This document shows positions 16,331 to 23,901 of a DNA stretch of 25,065 nucleotides, in pieces (within the stretch, counting starts at the first letter, position 1; every line of letters starts with the position of its first letter). The stretch lies in assembly GCA_964519795.1 (NCBI GenBank), contig CAZFKW010000004.1, positions 1 through 25,065 of the forward strand. The letters are read 5' to 3'. Source of the DNA: an uncultured Ramlibacter sp. Lineage in GTDB: Bacteria; Pseudomonadota; Gammaproteobacteria; Burkholderiales; Burkholderiaceae_C. A program made the translations under genes and the position numbers. The notes under the pieces were generated by a model. That model saw nothing but the letters and a program-made list of their open reading frames with translations, had not been told where the DNA came from and did no database searches.

Positions 16331-17418
16331 ACAGCTTCCGCAGCGACAGGCACGGCGGCCACGTGTGGCTTGTCGTTGGCGATCTCCTTCTGCACTGCCG
16401 GAATGATCACCTTGTTCCACAACTCAAGCTGCCTGAGCATCAGCTGGTGGTCAAAGTCGCCCACCTGCGTCTGCAGGGCCACATGCACGGGGCGCACGGC
16501 CCGGATGTCCGCCACAAGCCGCTCGACCACCGTATCCACCGAGCCGACGGGCAGGTTCTTCATGAGCTTGTCCCAGGGCAGCTCTTCGTCATAGGGCTTT
16601 TCCATGACAAGGTAATCGTCCTCGACGGACTCGGTGCGCTGCTTCAGGCTCACGGCAATGCGTTGCTGATACCGGGCGCAGTCCACATAGTGCTCGACCT
16701 CCGCCTTGTTGTCGCTCGCAAATGCAAAGCGCAGCAGGCCGACTTTTGCCTTCGCCGGGTCCTTGCCCTCGGCGACTGCCAGCTCGTCAATGACACCGCG
16801 GAACCCGCCCAGCCGCTTGGTGCCGCCCAGCCCACCGGAGATGAACACGTGCTGGTCGCGGCGCAATGCATGACGCATCAGCATCGGGTCGCCGCTGGCG
16901 ATCCAGACCGGCGGCATCGGTGTCTGCACCGGACGCACGCTGATGGCGGTCATCGGCTGCTTGAAGTGCTTGCCGTCGTAGCTGAACTTCTTCTGCGCCA
17001 TGGCCAGCTCGATCATGTCGAGCATCTCCAGCGTCTTTTCCTTGGCGTTCTCCAGCGTGATGCCAAAACGCTCGAACTCGAACTGCTGGTATCCGCCGCC
17101 AACGCCAACGTTCAGCCGGCCACCCGAGAGCTGGTCAGCCATGGCGATCTCGGCGATCAGCCGGGCAGGCGTATACAAGGGTGCCACAACCACGGCCGAT
17201 CCAAGCCGGATCTTTTCAGTGACGCCGGCGCAGTACGCAGCCATCATCAGCGGAGAAGGGCAAAGACCATAGTTTGAGAAGTGATGCTCTGCATACCAGG
17301 CCGCTGCAAAGCCATTGCGGTCAGCCACCTGCGTCTGCTCGACGGCCTCTTGTATGATTTGACCGGAGGACTTCTTCTGGTTCCTCTGCTGCATCAAGAT
17401 GAAAATTCCGAAGTCCAT
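16327..17418 (-). CDS. Luciferase-like (LLM) flavin-dependent monooxygenase
   Basis: MDFGIF, WYAEHHF, CPSP, TEKIRLGSAV, AEIAMADQLSGGRLNVGVGGGY, P.Q.P.PPVW. AAGGA RBS. Confidence 0.93.
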   Translation of the reverse strand: MDFGIFILMQQRNQKKSSGQIIQEAVEQTQVADRNGFAAAWYAEHHFSNYGLCPSPLMMAAYCAGVTEKIRLGSAVVVAPLYTPARLIAEIAMADQLSGGRLNVGVGGGYQQFEFERFGITLENAKEKTLEMLDMIELAMAQKKFSYDGKHFKQPMTAISVRPVQTPMPPVWIASGDPMLMRHALRRDQHVFISGGLGGTKRLGGFRGVIDELAVAEGKDPAKAKVGLLRFAFASDNKAEVEHYVDCARYQQRIAVSLKQRTESVEDDYLVMEKPYDEELPWDKLMKNLPVGSVDTVVERLVADIRAVRPVHVALQTQVGDFDHQLMLRQLELWNKVIIPAVQKEIANDKPHVAAVPVAAEAV

Positions 17419-17498
17419 ATCGTTCCTTTTGGAGTTGCTGGCAGGCGCCCGGGGCGATGGAGATTCACCACGCCCGGCGCCTTGTCCCGGTGTTCAAA

Positions 17499-17527
17499 AT
17501 TCTAGGCAGCACCCCGGCAAAACAGAA
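17499..17527 (-). promoter_or_regulatory. Candidate sigma70 promoter for the LLM operon
   Basis: Minus-strand TAGAAT (-10) at 17499-17504, with a poor -35 (TTCTGT) 17 nt upstream, as expected for an activator-dependent promoter. Confidence 0.5.
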
Positions 17528-17550
17528 GGCACAGGCTGCGTACACCTTCT

Positions 17551-17565
17551 TTGCAATATCTGAAA
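17551..17565. promoter_or_regulatory. Candidate LysR recognition site TTGCA-N5-TGAAA
   Basis: Interrupted dyad containing T-N11-A. It overlaps the lysR start codon and is centred about 65 bp upstream of the predicted LLM start site. Confidence 0.6.
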
Positions 17566-18494
17566 TGAAGGCACTCGACACCATCCGGATCTTCGTGATC
17601 ACCCTGCAGACCGGAAGCCTTTCGGCGGCAGGCCGCAGCCTGGGTCTGTCACCCGCCACCATCTCGCGGCGCATCAGTGCGCTGGAAGAGGAACTGGGCG
17701 TACAGTTGCTGGACCGCACCAGCCGCAAGCTCACCGCGACGGATTCGGGCGTGATCTTCCAGCAGAGGGCCGAGGCCATCCTGGAAGACATGGCGCAGGC
17801 GGAGAACGCCGCGCGCCACGCCAAGGCCGCACCGGAGGGCCGCCTGCGCGTGCATTCACGCACACTGGTGGGCATCCAGCTGATCGCGCCATTGCTGCAC
17901 CGGTTCTCCGCCCGCTATCCCGAGCTGACCATTGACCTCCACCTGTCGGAGGAGCCCGTCAACCTGGTCGAGCAGAACTATGACGTGGACTTGCGGATCG
18001 GCAAGCTGGAGGATTCTTCTTATGTCATGCGCAAGCTTGGCACCGGGGAGCGGGTACTTGTCGCCAGCCCCGCCTATGTCGAAGCCCATCCCCCGGTCAA
18101 GGTGCCGGAGGACCTGGAAAGCGGCCACAACTGCCTGACCTACCGCAAGGCGCAGGAGCCCACGTTCTGGCGCTACCTGCATGGCGACCGCGTGCGCGAA
18201 CTCAAGATCAGCGGCACCGTGCATGCCAACAACGGCGAAGTCCTGCGCCGGGCGGCGTTGAGCGGCCTGGGCCTCGCGCTGCTCGCAGACTGGTCGGTCA
18301 ACGAAGACATCCGGGCCGGCCGACTCGTGCGGCTGCTGCCGGGCTACCGCCTGACAAACTCCACCTTTGACAACGGCGTGTACGCGCTGTTCCGGCACAC
18401 ACGGATGCTGCCGCAGGTTCGGGTATTCGTGGACTTTCTTGCCGACGCGCTGGGCGAGGTGGAAGCCGCAACGGACCCTGGCAGGCCCGGGTGA
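17565..18494 (+). CDS. LysR-type regulator (CrgA/DmlR-like), divergent from the LLM operon
   Basis: GSLSAAGRSLG.SPATISRRISALEEELGVQLLDRTSR HTH, P.G.LRV, and NNGEVLR.AAL.GLG. Confidence 0.96.
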   Translation: MKALDTIRIFVITLQTGSLSAAGRSLGLSPATISRRISALEEELGVQLLDRTSRKLTATDSGVIFQQRAEAILEDMAQAENAARHAKAAPEGRLRVHSRTLVGIQLIAPLLHRFSARYPELTIDLHLSEEPVNLVEQNYDVDLRIGKLEDSSYVMRKLGTGERVLVASPAYVEAHPPVKVPEDLESGHNCLTYRKAQEPTFWRYLHGDRVRELKISGTVHANNGEVLRRAALSGLGLALLADWSVNEDIRAGRLVRLLPGYRLTNSTFDNGVYALFRHTRMLPQVRVFVDFLADALGEVEAATDPGRPG

Positions 18495-18649
18495 CCGGGC
18501 ACTGCCTGATTTTTCAAAGCTTCTTTTCCTTTCCGTCACAGTCAGCCAGCCCGTGTGTGCCTAAGATGGCCGCACGGCAAGCCGCCAGATCCGGCAGCTT
18601 GCCCGGACCGGCACGATCCGGAACTGCGAACACGGAGACAAGACAAGAC

Positions 18650-19516
18650 ATGGCCATGATGCCACCCACTTCCAGCAACGCGCGCGGACCCACGCCGGTT
18701 TCCGCGCCGGCTTTCGCGGACGGTTGCCTGGAAGGCCGTGTGGCGGTCGTTACCGGGGCCGGTGGCGGCCTGGGCGGATCGATTGCAGCGCGACTCGCTG
18801 CCATGGGTGCGTCTGTGGTGCTTGCCGACCTGGATGCACCTTCAGGACTACCCTCCTCCCGCTGCATGGCCATCGCATGCAACATCGCAGATGCCGATGC
18901 GGTGGATGCCATGGGCCTTGAAGTGGAGAAGCGCTACGGCCGGTGCGACATCCTGGTCAACAATGCCGGCACCAAGGCCATTCCCGTATCACTGGAAGAT
19001 CTTCCTGTCGCCGACTGGGACAAGGTATTCAGCGTCAACGTGCGCGGCGCCTTCCTGTGCGCGAGGGTCGTGGCAAGAATGATGCTCGCCCGCGGATCGG
19101 GCTCCATCATCAACATTGCCTCCATCGGTGCGCAGATGCCCACGCGCATTGGTGGCTACGGACCCAGCAAGGCCGCCCTCATCGGGCTGACACGCCAGAT
19201 GGCCGTCGAATGGGGGCCACGCGGCATCCGGGCCAATTCGGTCAGCCCCGGCCTGGTCAGGACGCCGATGTCCGAAGCCTTCTACAGCGACGTTCAACAG
19301 CACGACCTGCGCGTCGCCATGCTTCCGGCCCGCCGGATCGGCGTGCCGGAAGACATCGCAAGCGTCGTGGCCTTCCTGGCCACCGATGCCGCCGCCTTCG
19401 TGACCGGCCAGGACATCGTCGTCGATGGCGGCTACACCATTGCACCCCTGTTCAACGCACAACCCCAGTCCGCAGCTGCGGCCTATGCGCGCGGCGCGGG
19501 CGCGCCGAAAAACTGA
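18650..19516 (+). CDS. Classical SDR oxidoreductase (probably NAD-preferring)
   Basis: VTGAGGGLG, VLAD (Asp after beta-2), NNAG, NIAS, YGPSK, NSVSPG, FVTGQDIVVDGG. ATG 18650 has GGAGA upstream. Confidence 0.93.
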   Translation: MAMMPPTSSNARGPTPVSAPAFADGCLEGRVAVVTGAGGGLGGSIAARLAAMGASVVLADLDAPSGLPSSRCMAIACNIADADAVDAMGLEVEKRYGRCDILVNNAGTKAIPVSLEDLPVADWDKVFSVNVRGAFLCARVVARMMLARGSGSIINIASIGAQMPTRIGGYGPSKAALIGLTRQMAVEWGPRGIRANSVSPGLVRTPMSEAFYSDVQQHDLRVAMLPARRIGVPEDIASVVAFLATDAAAFVTGQDIVVDGGYTIAPLFNAQPQSAAAAYARGAGAPKN

Positions 19517-19563
19517 CGCAGAGCAACCTTCACTTCACACACCAACCCTATGGAGACAACCCC

Positions 19564-20532
19564 ATGAAATTTCCCCGCTTGCTGATGGCCGTCCTGGCCG
19601 GCGCCATGAGCCTTTCCGCGAATGCGCAACAACCCATCGTTTTCACCAAGCCGATCACGCTGGTCGTGCCTTTCTCGCCTGGAGGTTCGACCGACCCGGC
19701 TGCCCGCGTGATCGCCCCGCGCCTGGCCAGGGAGCTCGGCCAGCCGGTGGTGGTCGAGAACAAGCCCGGTGCCGCAGGAGCCCTGGGGACCGCTTACGTG
19801 GCACGCTCCGCGCCGGACGGCTACACCGTCCTGCTCAATACCAACGTGGTCGCCATCCTTCCGCACACGCAGAAGAATCCCGGCTTCGACATGCGCACCG
19901 ACATCGTGCCGGTGATGTTGATGGCGTCGGGCCCATTCACGCTGGCCGTCAACCCGGCACTGCCGGTCAACTCGGTGCAGGAACTCCTTGCCTACAGCAA
20001 GGCGAACCCCACCAAGCTGTTCTATGGCACCTCGGGCCCGGGCTCCACCCTTCACCTGCTGACCGAACTGCTGAAGAAGTCCTCAGGCCTGCAGATGACG
20101 CACGTGCCATACAAGGGCAATGGCCCTGTGGTGACAGCACTCATCGGCGGCGAGATCCAGGCTGCCTTCGATACCGTTCCCGGCTCCAAGGCCATGGCCG
20201 ACGCCGGCCGGGTGCGGCTTCTGGCCGTGACCAGCGCCGAGCGCCACAGGTTGCTGCCCAACGTTCCCACACTGGCTGAGTCCGGCATCAAGGGCTTCGA
20301 GGCAGAGACCTCGGTCGGCATCTTCCTGCCCAAGGGCGCGTCGGATGCCATGGTGCAGCGCTACTACCAGGCGCTGGTCAAGGTGATGAATGACGACGAC
20401 GTCAAGGCCAGGCTCAACGATATCGCCTTCCGCATTGTGGCCTCCACGCCGGAACAGTTCAGGAACCGCCTGGACGCGGAGTCCCGGCAGTGGGCCGAGG
20501 TCACGAAGAGTGCAGGCATCAAGCCGGAGTAA
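19564..20532 (+). CDS. Bug/TctC family periplasmic substrate-binding protein
   Basis: Signal peptide, PITLVVPFSPGGSTD, QPVVVENKPGAAG, APDGYT, HVPYKGNGP and PNVPTLAESG. GGAGA RBS. Confidence 0.96.
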   Translation: MKFPRLLMAVLAGAMSLSANAQQPIVFTKPITLVVPFSPGGSTDPAARVIAPRLARELGQPVVVENKPGAAGALGTAYVARSAPDGYTVLLNTNVVAILPHTQKNPGFDMRTDIVPVMLMASGPFTLAVNPALPVNSVQELLAYSKANPTKLFYGTSGPGSTLHLLTELLKKSSGLQMTHVPYKGNGPVVTALIGGEIQAAFDTVPGSKAMADAGRVRLLAVTSAERHRLLPNVPTLAESGIKGFEAETSVGIFLPKGASDAMVQRYYQALVKVMNDDDVKARLNDIAFRIVASTPEQFRNRLDAESRQWAEVTKSAGIKPE

Positions 20533-20535
20533 GCT

Positions 20536-21435
20536 TCAGGCGCTGCTGCCTTCTTCCCGCAAATACTCGAGCAGCTCGGCAACGGGCTGGCTCATCGCCA
20601 GGGCGTCGCGCACGCAGACATAGAACTGCCGCTCCGCCCAGTCGTCGTTCAGGCGCAGCAGCACCAGGCCCATGTCGTCCAGGTAGCGCCTGGCGATCAG
20701 CTCGGGAACAATGGCAATGCCCAGCCCCTCGCGGATCATCACGCAGCGCGTCTCGAAATTTGACACCTGCAGCTTGACGTTCGGAGGCCGCGAGATCGTC
20801 CGGTCGACCAGCTGGAGGAACGAGTCGAGCGAGTGGCGCGGGAAGTAACCCAGCAGGTCGTAGTCCAGCGCATCCTCCAGGAACAGCGACTTGCGATCGG
20901 CCAGCGCATGGTCGCGCCGCACCACCAGGCCAACGCGGTCGGTGCGGTAGCGGTAGGACACCACACCCGGTGCGAGGTAGGCGGCGTGGTAGATCCCGAT
21001 GTCGGCATCGCCGTCCACGATCATGCGGGGAACATCGTAGCTGTGGCTCTCCAGCAGGTCCACCCGTACATCGGGCCGCGTTGCAAGGTACCGGGCGAGC
21101 GGGACAGGCAGGAACTGCAGGATGGTGGACGGGTTGGACGCCAGGCGTATCTTGGGCAGGCCGTCTGCGTCGAAACCGGCAATCGACTCTTCCACCATCT
21201 GCGCATTGCGAAGCAATGCCTTGGCCTGCCGGTACAGCAGTGAGCCGGCCGGCGTGGGCTCGACCCCCCGACCATGACGGTACAGCAAGGCCTTGCCGAA
21301 GCGCCGTTCAAGCTCGGCAATACGCTTGCTCACAGCCGAGGTGACGAGGTCGTTGCGCTCGGCGGCGCGCGAAAAGCTTGTCTCCTCCACGGCGGAGACG
21401 AAAATCTCCAGGTCGGCGGTGTTGATGCGTTTCAT
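20536..21435 (-). CDS. LysR-type transcriptional regulator
   Basis: SFSRAAER..VTSAVSKRIAELE..FG..LLYR..RGV.PT.AG HTH and GLGIAIVP. Confidence 0.95.
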   Translation of the reverse strand: MKRINTADLEIFVSAVEETSFSRAAERNDLVTSAVSKRIAELERRFGKALLYRHGRGVEPTPAGSLLYRQAKALLRNAQMVEESIAGFDADGLPKIRLASNPSTILQFLPVPLARYLATRPDVRVDLLESHSYDVPRMIVDGDADIGIYHAAYLAPGVVSYRYRTDRVGLVVRRDHALADRKSLFLEDALDYDLLGYFPRHSLDSFLQLVDRTISRPPNVKLQVSNFETRCVMIREGLGIAIVPELIARRYLDDMGLVLLRLNDDWAERQFYVCVRDALAMSQPVAELLEYLREEGSSA

Positions 21436-21445
21436 TCGTCCTGCT

Positions 21446-22477
21446 TCATTTGTCCTGCATGGCGCGGGCCGTCAGCGGCCTCAGCACCCGGCCACCCAGC
21501 CACGCCAGTACATTCTCCACCGTGTCAGTGAAGAAGCCCCTGAAAATCCCTTCGGTGGAAAAGCCCAGGTGAGGTGTGAGTACGACGTTGGGCAATACCG
21601 TCAACGGGTGACCCGGCGGCAAGGGCTCCTGGTCGAATACATCCAGGCCTGCGCCTGCGATGCGCTGCTCACGCAAGGCCTGCAGGAGCGCCGCCTCGTC
21701 CACCAGCGGGCCTCGCGCGGTGTTCACCAGCACCGCGCTGCGCTTCATCATGGCAAACTCTGCCGCGCCCACCAGGCCGCGCGTGCGCTCCCCCAGGATG
21801 ACATGCAGGCTGATAAAGTCGCTGGTGCGAAACAGCTCCTCCCTGGTCACGTATCGCGCGCCGGCTTCGCTTGCGGCCCCGGCCGTGAGGTTCTGGCTCC
21901 ATGCGACAACGTCCATGCCAAATGCCGCACCGATGGCCGCCATGCGCCGCCCGATCCGGCCCAGGCCGACGAGGCCCAGGCGCTGCCCATGCAAACCCAG
22001 CCCCACACGGCTGGCCCAGTGCCCCTGCCGCAACTGCGCATCGCAGGCGGCAATGGATCGCCCCGCAGCAATCATCAGCCCAAAGGCGAGCTCGGCCGTG
22101 GAATGCGCGCCGTCCTCCCGCGGGGTGGTATGCGAGACCGCAATGCCACGGGCCTCGCACGCGGCCAAGTCGATGGTGCGGTTCCACGGTCCGGTGGCCG
22201 CGACGTAGCGCAGTTTCGGCAGCGCCTCTATCAGTGAAGACGGCAGCGGCATGCGCTCGCGAACCAGGCAGAGGATGTCATAGGGGGCCAGAACTTCGGC
22301 CGCCTCGCCGGACACTGACAATGGGCGGTCAAAGACGTCGATGTCGCACTGCGCGCGGACATCCGACCAGTCGGCCAATGACAGCGCCAGGCGCTCGTGA
22401 TCGTTGAGGATGGCCAGGCGGGGCCGCGGACGCGTCTGCTGCAAGGCAGCATCCGGCGAAAGTGATTCAGGTTTCAA
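21446..22477 (-). CDS. D-2-hydroxyacid dehydrogenase family protein
   Basis: GLVGLGRIG, LVNTARGPLVDE, GLDVFDQEP and LTPHLG (Arg/Glu/His catalytic set present). Start uncertain; TTG 22477 has AGGA upstream. Confidence 0.92.
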   Translation of the reverse strand: MKPESLSPDAALQQTRPRPRLAILNDHERLALSLADWSDVRAQCDIDVFDRPLSVSGEAAEVLAPYDILCLVRERMPLPSSLIEALPKLRYVAATGPWNRTIDLAACEARGIAVSHTTPREDGAHSTAELAFGLMIAAGRSIAACDAQLRQGHWASRVGLGLHGQRLGLVGLGRIGRRMAAIGAAFGMDVVAWSQNLTAGAASEAGARYVTREELFRTSDFISLHVILGERTRGLVGAAEFAMMKRSAVLVNTARGPLVDEAALLQALREQRIAGAGLDVFDQEPLPPGHPLTVLPNVVLTPHLGFSTEGIFRGFFTDTVENVLAWLGGRVLRPLTARAMQDK

Positions 22478-22521
22478 GGCTCGTGTTCCTGTGCGGCACT
22501 GCGGGGGATGCGGTACCTGTG

Positions 22522-22535
22522 TAACCTGCATGTTA
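22522..22535. promoter_or_regulatory. Near-palindrome TAACCTGCATGTTA in a divergent intergenic region
   Basis: 12 of 14 positions are self-complementary; lies between the dehydrogenase and EthD gene starts. Confidence 0.35.
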
Positions 22536-22567
22536 AGACAAGCCATCGTCCAAGACCATTGACTCCC

Positions 22568-23266
22568 ATGACAGCCACCTGGAAACGCTTTTACTTTTCA
22601 AGACGCAACGCAGCCCTCTCACCGGAGCAGTTCCCGCAGCGATGGCGACAGCACGCCAGGCTCGGGGCCACCTTCCCGGATGGCATGAAGCGCCACACAA
22701 GGCTCAACTACGCGCTGGTGGACCAGGCATACAGCCCGGGCGGAGCGCGCCGGTACGATGGCATCGGCATCCTCTGGCTGGGAAGCCCGGCCATGATCGA
22801 CTACGTCAATGAAGATCCGCTGTGCACGCCCACCATGCGGCGTGACGAGCTGTTCGTCTTCACCCAGCCTGTCTATGACTCGGCGATGCTGGTGGAAGAG
22901 CGCATCTGCAAACCGGGACCGCTGACGAAGTTTGCACTGCTGTGGTTCATCCGGCGCAGGGCAGGTGTCAGCGACGGTGACTTCGGCCAGGCATGTGAGG
23001 CCATTGGCCGGGCGCTCTCGGGTGCCGATGCTGCCGCGCCGGTCCGCCGTTGCGCATGGGGTACCGTGGTGCGTGAGCCCACCATTGATTTCGACAGCAT
23101 GGTCGAGTTCTGGTTTGACTCACAGGAGGACGCGGTGGCCGCGTCGGGCAGCGCCGGGTTCAGGACCCAGGCTCTGGATCCACTGGGCTTTTCAATCGAT
23201 GGCGAGGATGCGCAGGCCCTGTACCTTGTCGGCATATGCCACGAGCGGGTGACACCGCCCGCTTGA
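22568..23266 (+). CDS. Tandem EthD-domain (dimeric alpha+beta barrel) protein
   Basis: Two repeats: RRNAALSPEQF..W.QHA...YDGIGILW and RRRAGVSDGDF...FDSMVEFWFDS. Confidence 0.8.
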   Translation: MTATWKRFYFSRRNAALSPEQFPQRWRQHARLGATFPDGMKRHTRLNYALVDQAYSPGGARRYDGIGILWLGSPAMIDYVNEDPLCTPTMRRDELFVFTQPVYDSAMLVEERICKPGPLTKFALLWFIRRRAGVSDGDFGQACEAIGRALSGADAAAPVRRCAWGTVVREPTIDFDSMVEFWFDSQEDAVAASGSAGFRTQALDPLGFSIDGEDAQALYLVGICHERVTPPA

Positions 23267-23274
23267 ACTGCGGA

Positions 23275-23348
23275 CCTGTCTCGGGAACGGTCGGGGCGGG
23301 ATCGAATCGTTGACGCGCGCCCCGTTCGAGCTGACGTTCTGGAACAGG
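23275..23348. terminator. Long imperfect inverted repeat between convergent ethD-like and ssb genes
   Basis: Nested arms CCTGT/ACAGG, CTCG..GAAC/GTTCGAG and CGGGGCG (23292-23298)/CGCCCCG (23318-23324). No U-tract, so terminator function is uncertain. Confidence 0.4.
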
Positions 23349-23350
23349 CC

Positions 23351-23851
23351 CTAGAACGGGATGTCGTCGTCCATGTCGTCAAAGCCGCTTGACGGCTTGG
23401 CCGGTGCCTGCGGGCGTGGTGCCGGTGCGGCTGACTGGCGCGGGGCTGCCGGCGGGCGCGAGTACCCTGCGCCAGCGCCGCCACCTTCTTCACCGCCGCC
23501 GGGGCCACCCATGCCTTCACGGCCGCCGAGCAGCTGCATTTCGGTGGCGATGATGTCGGTAGCCGATTTTTCGATGCCGTCCTTGTCCGTATATTTGCGG
23601 TAGCTCAGACGGCCCTCGACATAGATCGGGCGGCCCTTCTTGACGTACTCACCGACAATTTCGGCCAGGCGGTCGAAGAACGTGACGCGGTGCCACTGGG
23701 TGTCTTCCACGGTCTCACCGGTGTTCTTGTCCTTGCGCCGGCTGGTGGTTGCCACGCTGACGTTGGCAACGGCCTGGCCGGAAGGCAGGTAGCGGATTTC
23801 AGGGTCGCGGCCACAGTTGCCGACGAGGATGACTTTGTTGACGGATGCCAT
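23351..23851 (-). CDS. ssb: Single-stranded DNA-binding protein
   Basis: [41 protein letters not shown], Gly/Pro-rich linker and acidic tail [10 protein letters not shown]. Confidence 0.99.
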   Translation of the reverse strand: MASVNKVILVGNCGRDPEIRYLPSGQAVANVSVATTSRRKDKNTGETVEDTQWHRVTFFDRLAEIVGEYVKKGRPIYVEGRLSYRKYTDKDGIEKSATDIIATEMQLLGGREGMGGPGGGEEGGGAGAGYSRPPAAPRQSAAPAPRPQAPAKPSSGFDDMDDDIPF

Positions 23852-23901
23852 GGAGGATTCCTCGGAAAAATGGGTCTTGGTGTGTCTGGTGACTGTCTGG
23901 A

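Noticed and set aside
16327-17418. Bacterial luciferase (bioluminescence) locus
   Set aside because: There is a single LLM gene with no luxB partner or luxCDE, and the context is catabolic.
18943-19563. Apparent 207-aa N-terminal extension making the Bug ORF 529 aa (possible fusion)
   Set aside because: It overlaps the SDR in another frame and is low-complexity Arg/Pro-rich. The real start at 19564 has an RBS and a signal peptide. Similar over-extensions were trimmed for several other genes, including ssb.
756-23350. Integrative element, prophage or transposon
   Set aside because: No integrase, transposase, phage or conjugation genes, no tRNA target, and no att-like direct repeats seen.
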